From an uncultured beta proteobacterium (GTDB lineage Bacteria; Pseudomonadota; Gammaproteobacteria; Burkholderiales; SHXO01): DNA of 64,000 bases. The notes under the pieces are model-generated. The model saw nothing but the letters and a program-made list of their open reading frames with translations. It did not search any database and was not told the origin of the DNA. The DNA lies in the NCBI GenBank assembly GCA_963827575.1, contig CAWHCG010000048.1, positions 124,060-188,059 on the forward strand, given 5' to 3'. Made by a program: the position numbers and the translations under genes. Shown here piece by piece: positions 1-10,119 of the stretch; position 1 is the stretch's first letter, and each line of letters begins with the position of its first letter.

Positions 1-838
1 GCATGGTGAGAAATACGATATGCCCGAACCAGATTCCCCAGCCGGGGTCGAGGCGAAAGCCGATTCCCTGCGTCACGCCGAGCAGCACGCCCCCGGCGAG
101 CGTGCCGTAGAAGGAACCCATCCCGCCAATGATCACGGCTTCGAACGCGTACAGCAGCAGCGCCGGCCCGTCGGTCGGCGAAACCGTGGTCTTCATGCCA
201 TGCAGCGTGCCGGCGATGGCCACGAGCGTAAACGCGAGACCGGTTGCCAGTGCGTACACGTGCCGATGGTCCAGCCCCATCAACTCCGCCACCTCCCTGT
301 CGTCGCTCACCGCCCGGAACGCGCGCCCGATCGCAGTGCGCTCGAACAGCCATTGCAGAGCGACGGCCATGCCGACCGCCATCCCGAAGATCAGCACCGG
401 CAGGGTGCCAACCGCGAGCCCGCCCCCGAGCACAACGCTGTCGGTGTTCAGTCCCCCGGACGGTATCGAGCGTGGATCGGCGCTGTATACCTCCTGGAGC
501 AGATTCTGGACAACGATCGCCAACCCGAACGTCACCACCAGCGACGGCAGCGGGTCGCGCCCCAGCGTGCGGTTGAGCAGGAACCGCTGGAGCCCGTAGC
601 CGGCACCGAACGCAAGCGGCAGCAGCACTGCCATGGCCATCCACGGCGCCACGGCCGGCGGCAATCCGCTCGCGAGCGCCAGCGAGAAGGCGATGAACCC
701 GGCGAGGATGATGAAATCACCATGTGCGACGTTGGTCAGCCGCATCACACCGAAGATCAGCGACTGGCCCATGGCGAACAACGCGTACAGCCCGCCGAGC
801 AGGATGCCTTGGATCACGGTGTCGATCCAGCCGAGCAT
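1..838 (-). CDS. livH: Branched-chain amino acid ABC transporter permease (LivH/LivM family), 3' end runs off window
   Basis: Minus-strand translation gives MLGWIDTVIQGILLGGLYALFAMGQSLIFGVMRLTNVAHGDF at 838 and ...LLLYAFEAVIIGGMGSFYGTLAGGVLLGVTQGIGFRLDPGW near 60; the plus-strand 20..850 ORF is its antisense. Confidence 0.7.
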   Translation of the reverse strand, partial: MLGWIDTVIQGILLGGLYALFAMGQSLIFGVMRLTNVAHGDFIILAGFIAFSLALASGLPPAVAPWMAMAVLLPLAFGAGYGLQRFLLNRTLGRDPLPSLVVTFGLAIVVQNLLQEVYSADPRSIPSGGLNTDSVVLGGGLAVGTLPVLIFGMAVGMAVALQWLFERTAIGRAFRAVSDDREVAELMGLDHRHVYALATGLAFTLVAIAGTLHGMKTTVSPTDGPALLLYAFEAVIIGGMGSFYGTLAGGVLLGVTQGIGFRLDPGWGIWFGHIVFLTM

Positions 839-861
839 GCGGTCGCCTAGCGGCCCCGGGC

Positions 862-888
862 GCGAGGCGCGAGGCACGAGGCGCGAGA
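862..888. repeat. Heptamer tandem repeat gcgaggc in livF-livH intergenic region
   Basis: gcgaggc gcgaggc acgaggc gcgag. Confidence 0.65.
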
Positions 889-998
889 AACACCTGGCCT
901 CCTTGCCGATGGCAGCGCACAGGTGGAATTGATCAGCGCGACAACCCGACCGGCACGGCCGATGCCGCCCCCTTGCCTCTTGCCTCTGGTGTCTCGTC

Positions 999-1697
999 TC
1001 ATAGCCCGAAATACGCCTGCGAGATCTGCTCGCGCGCGAGGGCGCTCGAGACGCCAGTCAACGTGACGCGGCCCTCCTGCAGGCAATACAGCCGGCTCGA
1101 CACCGCCTGCGCCACGCCGACGTCCTGCTCGACCACGACCACGCTCAGCCCGCCCGCGCACACGCGCGGCAGGGCGTCGTAGATCTCCTTCACGACGATG
1201 GGTGCGAGCCCGAGCGAGATCTCGTCGCAGATCAGCAGGCGGGGGTTGCTCATGAGGGCGCGCCCGATCGCCACCATCTGCTGCTGTCCGCCGGACAGTG
1301 CGGTGCTCGGAACCGCGCGGCGGTCTTGCAGCATCGGGAACAGCTCATACACGGCGCCCAGGCTCCACGAACCGTCGCGGCGCGCGTAAGCGCCCATCAG
1401 CAGATTCTCCTCGACCGTCAGGCTGGCGAATAACCGCCGTCCCTCCGGCACCATGGCGATGCCTTTGCGCACGATGCTCCCGGGCCGCTGTCCGCCGATC
1501 GGCTCGTTGTCGAAGGTCACAGCCTCGCGCGGCGCCTTGAGCAGCCCGCAGATCGTCTTCAGGAAGGTCGACTTGCCCGCGCCGTTCGCGCCGATGATGG
1601 CGACGATCTCACCCGCCGCGATCTCGAAGTCGATGCCGAACAGAGCCTGGAAGTCCCCGTAAAAGGCCTGCAACTGGTGAGTCGAGAGCAGCGCCAT
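999..1697 (-). CDS. livF: Branched-chain amino acid ABC transporter ATP-binding protein LivF
   Basis: Intact 232-aa ORF with Walker A GANGAGKST, ABC signature LSGGQQQ and Walker B LLICDE. Confidence 0.9.
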   Translation of the reverse strand: MALLSTHQLQAFYGDFQALFGIDFEIAAGEIVAIIGANGAGKSTFLKTICGLLKAPREAVTFDNEPIGGQRPGSIVRKGIAMVPEGRRLFASLTVEENLLMGAYARRDGSWSLGAVYELFPMLQDRRAVPSTALSGGQQQMVAIGRALMSNPRLLICDEISLGLAPIVVKEIYDALPRVCAGGLSVVVVEQDVGVAQAVSSRLYCLQEGRVTLTGVSSALAREQISQAYFGL

Positions 1698-1702
1698 GCG
1701 GC

Positions 1703-2426
1703 CTAGACCTCGATACCCATGTACACCCGCTTGACCTGGGTATCGTTCATCACCTCCTCGGGCAGCCCCTCGGCCAGCTTGCGCCCGAAGTTGATGACCA
1801 GCAGACGGTCGGCCACCGCGAGCAGCGCGTGCACGACATGCTCGATCCAGATCATGGTGACGCCCTGCAGCTTGATGCGCCGGATCTCGTCCACCAGCTC
1901 GCGCGCCTCGTGCTCGGTCAAACCCCCCGCGATCTCGTCGAGCAGCAGCACTTCGGGTTCAGTGGCGAGTGCTCGCGCCAGCTCCAGCCGCTTGCGGTCC
2001 AGCAAGGTCAGCGTGCCGGCCAGGCGGTTCGCCTTCGGCAGCAGAGCGGTCTCGCGGAGCACGTCCACCACACGGGCGTAGGTATCCTGCTCGCGCTTGC
2101 CCGCCCCGAAGGAAGCGGCGGCCACGCAGGTTCTCGAACACGGTCATCGCACCGAACGGCTGCGGGATCTGGTACGAGCGCCCGACCCCGAGCCTGCAGC
2201 GCTGATGCGGTGTCCGGTGGGTGATCTCCTGCCCCGCGAAGCTCACCCTGCCCGCATCGACTCGCACATCGCCGCTGATGAGGTTGAACAGCGTGGTCTT
2301 GCCTGCGCCATTCGGGCCCAGGATGCCGAGCGTTTCGCCCTGGGTGACCGACAGCGTGATGCCATCGGTCACCTTGAGGGCGCCATAGCTCTTGCAAACC
2401 CCATCCAGAGCAAGAATCACGGACAT
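1703..2426 (-). CDS. livG: Branched-chain amino acid ABC transporter ATP-binding protein LivG, one frameshift near 2127
   Basis: N-part ORF 1959..2426 (GPNGAGKTTLFN...TVFENL) and C-part ORF 1703..2125 (...LLLDEIAGGL...) are contiguous in sequence but offset by 1 nt. Confidence 0.8.
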
Positions 2427-2499
2427 GGGCGGGACGCAACGCCGAATCGTCGCGAGGCTCGGACCCTGGTCGATCGGCAGTCACGCCGCGCGGGAGGAC

Positions 2500-3809
2500 C
2501 CGGACCCCGTGCCGTTCAGGGCATCGGCTTGAGCGCGCCTCCTGTGGGGATGTTGGGCGCGGTCTGGTTGTTGACGATGACCAGCTCGTACTTGTACTTC
2601 TTGCCCTTCACCCATTGGCCGCCCACCAGCGGCGTCTTGCACACGTTCTTGACCGGACCCCTTGCCCCAGGCGATCGGCCCCACGACGGTGTTCAGATTG
2701 GTGGCGGCGATCGCATCGCGGATCGCCGCCGGCGAGGTCACGTCCTTGCTGCGCTTGAGCGCGTCGATCCCGACCTCGAACAGCGCGTGGCCGAAGCCGA
2801 TGCGGCTGCGTCCATTGCTTCTTGGTCGTCGCCTCGTAGGCCTCCGCAAGCTGCTTCGCGCTCTGCTCTGGTCAGCGACGAGGTAAACGGGATACGACGG
2901 CGTCCACCACACTTCGGTCGAGAAGCCGTCGCCCAGGTCGCCCATCGCTTCGACCGCGCCGGGGAACAGCAGCGCCTTGCCCACCGACACGACCTTCGGT
3001 TTGAGCCCTGCTGCTTGGCCTGGGTCCAGAACGTCTTCATGTCCGGCGGAATGACCACACCGGTGATGATGTCGACGTTGTCGCGCTTGAAGGCGGCGAT
3101 CTGCGCGCGAGAAGTCCTGTGTGAGGTTCTGATAGCGGCCCGGATCGAACAGCGTGAAACCCTCGGCGGCAAGCGGCTTCGGGAAGCCGCGTTCCTTGTC
3201 GCCCCAGGCGTTGCCGTCGCCGTCGTTGGGGAACAGGCCGCCGACCGTCTTGTTGGTCGGCAGCGATTTCCACATGTTGGTGAACACGGCGATGACGTCC
3301 TCCAGCCCCCAGAAGAAGTGGTAGGTCCAGTCGAACCCCTTGGCCGGATCGCCCTTGCGCCCGAAGAACCACGGCTGCCAGGGCGCCAGGCTGGAAACGC
3401 ACGGCACGCCGTTCAGCTCGCACTGGTCGCTGACCGGGTTGGTGGTCTCGGGCGTCGATGCCACCAGCATCAGATCGATCTTGTCCTTCAGGATCAGATC
3501 GGCCGCCACCTCGCCGGCTCGGTTCGGATTGGACTGGACGTCCTTGACCAGGATCTCGACGGCGTACTTGGTGCCGCCGAGGTCAAGCCGGCCTTGAGCT
3601 GCGTCGCGGATCTGGCTCAGCATGAAATTGTCTGCCTCGCCGAACGGCGCCAGCGGTCCGGTCTGCGGCGACACATAGCCGATCCTGATCGTTTTCTGCC
3701 TGGCCGAGCGCCAGGTACGGACAGCCAAGTGCGCCCGCACCGGCCAGTGCTGCCCCCAGCCTGCAGCAGCGATCGGCGACGATGCTCGAGAACTTCGCGG
3801 ATTGCATGA
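2500..3809 (-). CDS. Liv-type branched-chain amino acid substrate-binding protein, at least 4 frameshifts
   Basis: Signal peptide [28 protein letters not shown] then [22 protein letters not shown], ...[33 protein letters not shown]..., ...[36 protein letters not shown]... spread over three frames. Confidence 0.65.
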
Positions 3810-3854
3810 CTCCTCCTGCTTCTGCGTTTGTAAGTGGGATCTTGTTCCTTCGAG

Positions 3855-4975
3855 TTAGCGGCTGATCGTGGTCAGTCCGGGCGTCTGCCCTCCCATGCGT
3901 CCTGCAAGAGTTGCCGTATGGCCACCGTAGTCGAGCGGTCTGGGATTGCAATACGGGTTCTGCGTGCGAGCTCGCGCCGCCTGATCCAGGCCGTCTGCGG
4001 GCATGCCGATCTGCTTCAAGGCGAGCGGCGCGCCCAGGCGCACGAGCCAGGTCGTACAGGCGCCGCGGCGTGCATCCGGCGCACCCAGCGCCCGCGCCGC
4101 GCGCGCCATCGCCTCGGGCGCCGCCGCGCGGTTGTAGCGCGCCGCGTGAGGCAGGACCACGGTGTGCGTCTCGGCGTGCGGCAGGTTGAAGGACCCGCCG
4201 AGCGTGTGGCACAGCTTGTGATGCAAGGCCATCCCGACTTGTCCGAGGCACGCGCCCGCCGAGCCAGGCGCCATACAGTGCCTCGCTGCGCGCCTCGAGG
4301 TTGTCCGGCTCGTGCACGACCTGCGGCAGGCTCATCGCGAGCGCGCGGATGCCCTCCTCGGCCATCAGCGAAGCGATCGGGTTGGCGTCCTCGGCGTACA
4401 GCGCCTCCACGCAATGGGCGATGGCGTTCATGCCGCTCGGTCCGGCGATCCTCGCGGGCAGCGTGCGTAGCAGATCGCGGGTCGTAGATGACCGTCTTCG
4501 GCAGCACGCGCGCATCGCGCCCGGTCTTCTTCTGGCCCTGCGCCGTGATGCCGTAGATCGGGCGTCATCTCCGAGCCCGCGAAGGTCGTCGGGAATGGCG
4601 AGGATCGGCAGCTCGGAGGTCAGCGCGATCGCCTTGCCCAGCCCGATCGTCGAGCCGCCGCCAATGGCTACGCAGCAATCGGCATCCAGCTCCTTGGCCA
4701 CTGCGCGCGCGGCTTCGGCAGTCTCGATCGGCACGTGCATGACGGCCTGGTCATACACGCCGGCCGCGCGCTTGCCCAGGCGCGCTGACGACGTCTTCGG
4801 CCGAGGCACGCTGCTCCGGCGTGGAGAGCACCAGCGCCCGCTTCGCGCCGAGCCGCTCGATCTCCTGCGCCGAGCCGGTCCAGCGCGCCGAGCGCCGAAC
4901 ACGACCCGCGAGGGCATGGCCGTGTGAAGGCACGAACGGCTGCTCACGCCGCGGCCTCCGGCACTCGCGACGCTC
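3855..4975 (-). CDS. Maleylacetate reductase (iron-containing alcohol dehydrogenase family), frameshifted
   Basis: MPSRVVFGA...[16 protein letters not shown]...[17 protein letters not shown]...[32 protein letters not shown]...NPYCNPRP motifs pieced from ORFs 3855..4274, 3583..5340 and 4751..5047. Confidence 0.7.
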
Positions 4976-4989
4976 CGCGCGGCAGCGGC

Positions 4990-5614
4990 ACGCCGGTGAG
5001 GCTGCACCAGCTCGTCGAAGCTCAAGCCCGTCGACCATCTCGCGCACCAGCAGGCCCTGCCGGCGTCACGTCGATCACCGCGAGATCGGTGTAGATTCGA
5101 TTGACGCACGCCACCCCGGTCAGCGGGTAGGTGCAACGCTCGACGATCTTGCTCTGCCCCTTCTTGGTGAGGTGCTCCATCATCACGAACACCTGCTTGG
5201 CGCCGATAGCGAGATCCATCGCCCCGCCCACCGCCGGGATCGCATCCAGCTCTGCCGGTATGCCAATTGGCGAGGTCGCCCGCGACCGAAACCTGGAACG
5301 CGCCCAGCACGCAGAAGTCCAGATGTCCGCCGCGCATCATCCCGAAGGAATCCGCATGGTGGAAATAGCGCGCCGCCGGGCAGCAGCGTCACCGGCTGCT
5401 TGCCGGCGTTGATCAGATCGTGGTCCTCCTCGCCGGGCGCTGGAGCGGGTCCCATGCCCAGCACGCCGTTCTCGCTGTGCAGCAAGATCTCGCGGTCCTT
5501 GGGCAGGTGGTTGGCTACCAGCGTCGGCAGGCCGATGCCCAGGTTCACATAGGCGCCCTCGGGGATGTCGCGCGCCACGCGCGCCGCCATCTGGTCACGG
5601 TTCATTCGGTTCAC
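4990..5614 (-). CDS. pcaJ: 3-oxoadipate CoA-transferase subunit B (PcaJ-like), at least 2 frameshifts
   Basis: [35 protein letters not shown]...[10 protein letters not shown] / [29 protein letters not shown] / [53 protein letters not shown] in three frames. Confidence 0.75.
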
Positions 5615-5682
5615 GTTGCGCTCCTTTGCTCAACCCTTTGCCCCGCGGCAGCCAGGCCGGTGGCCGGCGGTTTGAGGAAAAC

Positions 5683-5720
5683 TCCCTCTCCCCAACCCTC
5701 TCCCACGAGGGGAGAGGGAG
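5683..5720. repeat. GC-rich palindromic (REP-like) hairpin between pcaJ and pcaI
   Basis: ctccctctcccc N13 ggggagagggag inverted repeat. Confidence 0.6.
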
Positions 5721-5803
5721 TTCTATTTCCACACCGTCGGCCGGCCCGTCGGCCAGGTCGCTCTTTGGTCTGTGATCGGTGTCGCTCAGCCCTTGGCTCT
5801 GCC

Positions 5804-6493
5804 TCAGGCAGCCGCGCTCGCGGCGGATGCACTCGCCACCTGCACAATCCTATGCACGAAAATGCCCGGGGTGACGATGGCCTCGGGATCCAGCTCTCCC
5901 AGCGCGACGATCTCGCGCACCTGCACGACGGTGCACTTGGCTGCGCTCGCCATGATCGGGCCGAAGTTGCGCGCGGTCTTGCGATAGACCAGGTTGCCCC
6001 AGCGGTCCCCCCGCTCGGCCTTGATCAGCGCGAAGTCGGCGTGGATCGGGTACTCGAGCACGTAGCCGCGCCCGTTGATGATGCGCGTTTCCTTGCCTTC
6101 GGCGAGCTGGGTGGCATAGCCGGTAGGCGTGAAGAAGGCGCCGATGCCGGCACCCGCGGCGCGGATGCGCTCGGCCAGATTGCCCTGCGGCACCAGCTCC
6201 AGCTCGATCTCGCCGGCGCGATACAGCCCGTCGAAAACCTGCGAGTCCACCTGACGCGGGAACGAGCAGATGATCTTGCGCACGCGCCGTGCCTTGAGCA
6301 GCGCCGCCAGGCCGACCTCGCCGTTGCCGGCGTTGTTGTTGACGATGGTGAGGTCCTTCGCGCCCTGGTCGATCAGCGCGTCGATCAGCTCGGCCGGCTG
6401 CCCGGCGCCGCCGAAGCCGCTGATCATCACCGTCGCGCCGTCGGGGACGCCCGCCACCGCCTCTTCAACCGTGCCTACGATCTTGTTGATCAT
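5804..6493 (-). CDS. pcaI: 3-oxoadipate CoA-transferase subunit A (PcaI-like)
   Basis: Intact; MINKIVGTVEEAVAGVPDGATVMISGFGGAGQP... typical CoA-transferase A subunit N-terminus. Confidence 0.9.
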   Translation of the reverse strand: MINKIVGTVEEAVAGVPDGATVMISGFGGAGQPAELIDALIDQGAKDLTIVNNNAGNGEVGLAALLKARRVRKIICSFPRQVDSQVFDGLYRAGEIELELVPQGNLAERIRAAGAGIGAFFTPTGYATQLAEGKETRIINGRGYVLEYPIHADFALIKAERGDRWGNLVYRKTARNFGPIMASAAKCTVVQVREIVALGELDPEAIVTPGIFVHRIVQVASASAASAAA

Positions 6494-6520
6494 CTGCAGT
6501 CTCACAGAGTCCAAACCTCT

Positions 6521-6710
6521 CACCGCAAAGGACGCGAAGGTACGCGAAGGACCGCGAAGAGCGAGAGCCTCTGATCAACGCCCGCATTGTCGTGCTCGCC
6601 CCGCGATGGATCGAGGACACGTTGGCTGCTGCACCGTCGTCCTCGGCCTTTCCGCCATTCACCCCGCATTCCATTGCGTTCCTTAGCGTACCTTCGCGTC
6701 CTTTGCGGTG
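6521..6710. repeat. Perfect 24-bp inverted repeat (6521-6544 / 6687-6710) flanking ~140 bp, with cgcgaagg-type tandem octamers
   Basis: caccgcaaaggacgcgaaggtacg and its exact reverse complement; gacgcgaagg tacgcgaagg accgcgaaga tandem. Confidence 0.7.
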
Positions 6711-6723
6711 AATGCAATCAAGC

Positions 6724-8200
6724 TCACCGCGGGTAGTAAGGCGGGAGCTGGGCGTCGACGTTGACCCACACCGACTTCGCCTCGGTGTAGTCGTGCATCG
6801 CCTCGAACCCCATCTCGCGTCCGTAGCCGGACTTGCCCACACCCCCGAAGGGCGACCCGGGGTTGACCCGCTTGTAGCAGTTGATCCACACCATGCCGCT
6901 GCGCATGGCCGCCGCGGCGCGGTGGGCACGCTGCAGACTGGTAGTCCACAGGCCGCCGCCAAGCCCGTACTCGCGTAGCCGTTGGCGATGGCGATCACCT
7001 CGTCGTCATCGCGGAAGGTGCGTGACGGTCACGAACGGGCCGAACACCTCTTCCTGGGACACACGCGGTCGGTCGGCTTCGCGCGAACCACGGTCGGCTC
7101 CACGTAGCAGCCCTTGGCCAGCTCGTCGCGCTCGGGCGGCTTGCCGCCGATCAGGATCTCGCCGCCCTGCTCCTTGGCGACCTGCACATAGCGCAGCACG
7201 CGGTCGCGATGCTGGATCGAGGTGAGCGGCCCCATCTCGGTGGCTGGCTCCAGCGGGTTGCCCAGCTTGATCGAGCGCGCGAGCGCCAGGAACTTGTCCA
7301 GGAACTGCCTCGGCGATCTTCTCGTGCAGGATCAGCCGCGAGCCTGCGATGCAGGCCTGTCCCTGATTGTGGAAGATGGCGAAGGCCGAGCCGTTCACCG
7401 CCGCGACCAGGTTGGCGTCGTCGAACACGATGTTCGCGCCCTTGCCCCCGAGCTCGAGCTGCACGCGCTTGAGATTGCCGGCCGAGGCCTGCACGATCTT
7501 GCGCCCCACCGCAGTCGAGCCGGTGAAAGCGATCTTGTCTACGCCCGGATGCTCGGCGAGATACTGACCGGCGAGGTTGCCGTACCCGGGAACGATGTTC
7601 ATCACGCCGTTCGGGAAGCCCAACCTGTTTGGCCAGCTCGGCGATGCGCAATGTCGACAGCGGCGTGAGCTCCGCCGGCTTCATCACCACCGTGTTCCCG
7701 GCCGCCAGCGCCGGCCCCATCTTCCAGCTCGTGAACATGAGCGGGAAGTTCCACGGCACGATCTGGCCGACCACGCCCACCGGCTGGCGCAGCACGTAGT
7801 TGAGGAAACCCTGCTCCACCGGTACGACGCTGCCCTGAAGCTTGTCGGCCATGCCGCCGAAGTAGCGGAAGGTGACTGCGGTGCGTACCACGTCCAGTCC
7901 GCGCGTGTCGCGCAGCGGGTGGCCGGTGTCTAGCGTCTCGAGCCTGGCCAGTTCCTCCGCGTTGGCCTCGATGGCATCGGCGAGCTTGAGCAGCAGGCGG
8001 CCGCGATCCATCGCCGCCATGCGCGCCCAGGCGGGGAAGGCCTTGCGCGCGGCCTCCACCGCCCGGTCGATGTCGGCCTTCTGCGCCTCGGCGACCTCGG
8101 TGATCAGCGAGTTGTCGTGCGGGTTCAGGACCGGGATGCGCGAGCGCGACTCCGAGTCGACGAACTCGCCGTCGATGAAGAGTTGGTTCTGGACATGCAC
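6724..8200 (-). CDS. NAD(P)-dependent aldehyde dehydrogenase (candidate hydroxymuconic-semialdehyde dehydrogenase), at least 4 frameshifts
   Basis: ALDH N-terminal 210 aa in ORF 7151..8200 (VPWNFPLMF...), GFPNGVMNIVPGYG...ELGGKGANIVFDDA...FHNQGQACIAGSRL in 7006..7623, MGPLTSIQHRDRVL... and EEVFGPFV, C-term MVWINCYKRVNPGSPFGGVGKSGYGRE in 6724..6906. Confidence 0.75.
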
Positions 8201-8352
8201 GTGAACTGCGTGAGGCCAGCTGAGGCGTCAAGGGGTGAGGCGAGCAGGGCATGGCGTGAAGTGCGAGCTGAGCGCATGACAGGCGATCCGCTGCTGACAT
8301 CGACGTACGCTGCCACACCGTCGCTGTCTTGAGGCCGAGCGCCTTCGTCTCC

Positions 8353-8379
8353 CTCACGCCTCACGCCTCGCGCCTCACG
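8353..8379. repeat. Heptamer tandem repeat ctcacgc between ALDH and the upstream gene
   Basis: ctcacgc ctcacgc ctcgcgc ctcacg. Confidence 0.65.
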
Positions 8380-8390
8380 ACAGTGGCTGC

Positions 8391-9391
8391 TCAGAAATCC
8401 ACCGGCCAAGGCTTGAGCTCGCCGCGCTCGTAGCGCTGCGGCAGATCGGGCGTCGCGTTCTCCCACACCAGCAGCATGGAGCGCTTCTTCGAGAAGCCCT
8501 GGTGGCGGATGTCCGCCGGCATCGCGGCGACGTCGCCGGCCTTCATGGTCGCGCGGGCGCGCGGCCGGCCCGGTCTCGCGATCGCCGATCTCCCAGGTGA
8601 TCTCGTCGGAGAGCTGAATGAACCACTCGACGCGGTCGTTGCCGTGGATGATCGGCAGGATGTACTCCTCGGTGGTCGGGCAGAACAGGCTGGCCTTGCA
8701 CACCGAGGTCACCGACGGGTTCCAGGTCACGTCCGAGCGCGACAGGTACCTGAACAGGTTGAAAGCGTGCAGCTCCTTCTCGAAGCCCGGCTCGGCCTTG
8801 ATCTCCGGCTCCTCCTGGCTGCACATCGGCGAAGGCGCGATTGATCGAGAAGCCGTTGGCGTCGTTGCGCAGCGGCGAATCGTCCTCCAGCCCGGGCATG
8901 CGCTTGGTCGCCACGCGGAAGCGCTCGATCGCCGCCAGGTTGTTGCCGTTCTTCTCGCCGAAGGCGGCAGCTGCACCGGTCTCGGCCGGCGCGGCGAACG
9001 GGTCGAAACCCTCGTTGACCCAGTCGCGCGAGGATCTCCTTGAACTTCGTCATGGCCACCGGCGAGTCGAACGTCTCGACGTAGGACAGGCCCGCCTTGT
9101 GGATCGCCTCGTTGTAGCGGCCAGCGAACAGCTCTACGCGGCCGTACAGATTGCGCGTGCCGAACACGCGCATCGAAGTTGACCAGGCCGTAGAAGAAGC
9201 CCCAGGCGACGTCGCGCATCATGGCGCGCAGGAACGCATCGGCGCTCATGGTGTGCGACTGGCGCTGGCCCTTGGCCGGCCAGGTGATGGTGACGAAGTA
9301 CTCGTCGCGCTGCGAAGGTGAACTCGCCCAGCGTAAAGGTGCGATAGCCGGCGACCTTCTCGGGAAGCTTGAATTCGACAGGTGCGTTCAT
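8391..9391 (-). CDS. ~330-aa protein of unrecognised family, frameshifted; candidate large subunit of a two-component ring-cleavage dioxygenase (by size, order and context only)
   Basis: MNAPVEFKLPEKVAGYRTFTLGEFTFA / MSADAFLRAMMRDVAWGFFYGLVNF / GTRNLYGRVELFAGRYNEAIHKAGLSYVETFDSPVAMTKFKEILAR / DWVNEGFDPFAAPAETGAAAAFGEKNGNNLAAIERFRVATKRMPGLEDDSP / EEPEIKAEPGFEKELHAFNLFRYLSRSDVTWNPSV...PIIHGNDRVEWFIQL...KPWPVDF stop. Confidence 0.45.
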
Positions 9392-9407
9392 TCGGATTCT
9401 CCGAATC

Positions 9408-9438
9408 GTGACTGGTGACTAGTGACTGGTGACTGGTA
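9408..9438. repeat. Heptamer tandem repeat gtgactg x4 upstream of the 9440..9979 gene
   Basis: gtgactg gtgacta gtgactg gtgactg. Confidence 0.7.
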
Positions 9439-9439
9439 G

Positions 9440-9979
9440 CTGTGGGCGCAAGTCTCGAATCGCTCTCGCGCCCGCCCGGTTCACTGGTAACAGATCTCTG
9501 CCCACTTCTCGACCGTAAGCGGCGCCTTTGATGGTCTGCTGGATCATCACGCTAGGCCGCGCTGCCTTGAAGCGGTAGGCGGCGCCCTTGGGCAGCAGCG
9601 CCTGGTGTCCGCGCTTGAGCTGGATCGTGCCCATGCGCTTGCCCTTCGGCTTCGCCGGAGACGCAGCACCGTGCCCTCCTTGCCGGCCGGCGCTACGGCG
9701 GCGTGGTCATCGAGCTTCACGTACTCGACCGTGACCTCTCCGTCCATCACGACGCGAACTCGTCGTGGGAGCGCGCCATCCACGGCGAGGTGCCCTCGGC
9801 GCGGACGCCTCGACAACGTACTCCAGGTTCTTGGCCACCGCGACTTTCTCGTACGGCTTGGACTTCGCCGCCACCTCGAACACGTTGGAGAAGACGTAGT
9901 ACTTGGGGTTGTCGTTGATGATCTCGATGTGTCCCTTCTCGTAGCTGGCGAGCGAGCCGAAGGTGGTATGGAAGCTCAT
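9440..9979 (-). CDS. ~180-aa protein (candidate small dioxygenase subunit or cupin-like), frameshifted
   Basis: MSFHTTFGSLASYEKGHIEIINDNPKYYVFSNVFEVAAKSKPYEKVAVAKNLEYVV / MDGEVTVEYVKLDDHAAVAPAGKEGTVLRL / GTIQLKRGHQALLPKGAAYRFKAARPSVMIQQTIKGAAYG in three frames; beta-strand-rich. Confidence 0.4.
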
Positions 9980-10119
9980 TGCTCCTCCTGTCGTTTGCTG
10001 CTAAAGTTGTCCGCAATGCGGACGATCGTTCGATATGCGGACATACTATAAGGCCGGCCGGCCAACCCTTGTCAACAGGTTTGTGGCCGCGCGCTGGCGC
10101 TCAAGGGAGGTATTCCGCG

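Noticed and set aside
20-850. 276-aa plus-strand ORF (and many other long ORFs, e.g. 2097..3809 +, 17484..19232 -, 21482..22975 -, 42662..43450 +, 57419..58957 +)
   Set aside because: Arg/Pro/Ala/Gly-rich, low-complexity translations lying antisense to or out of frame with recognisable genes. These are typical spurious open frames of about 68% GC DNA.
3583-5340. 585-aa minus-strand ORF
   Set aside because: It is a read-through composite stitching pieces of maleylacetate reductase, PcaJ and the LivK-like signal peptide across frameshifts. It is not a single gene.
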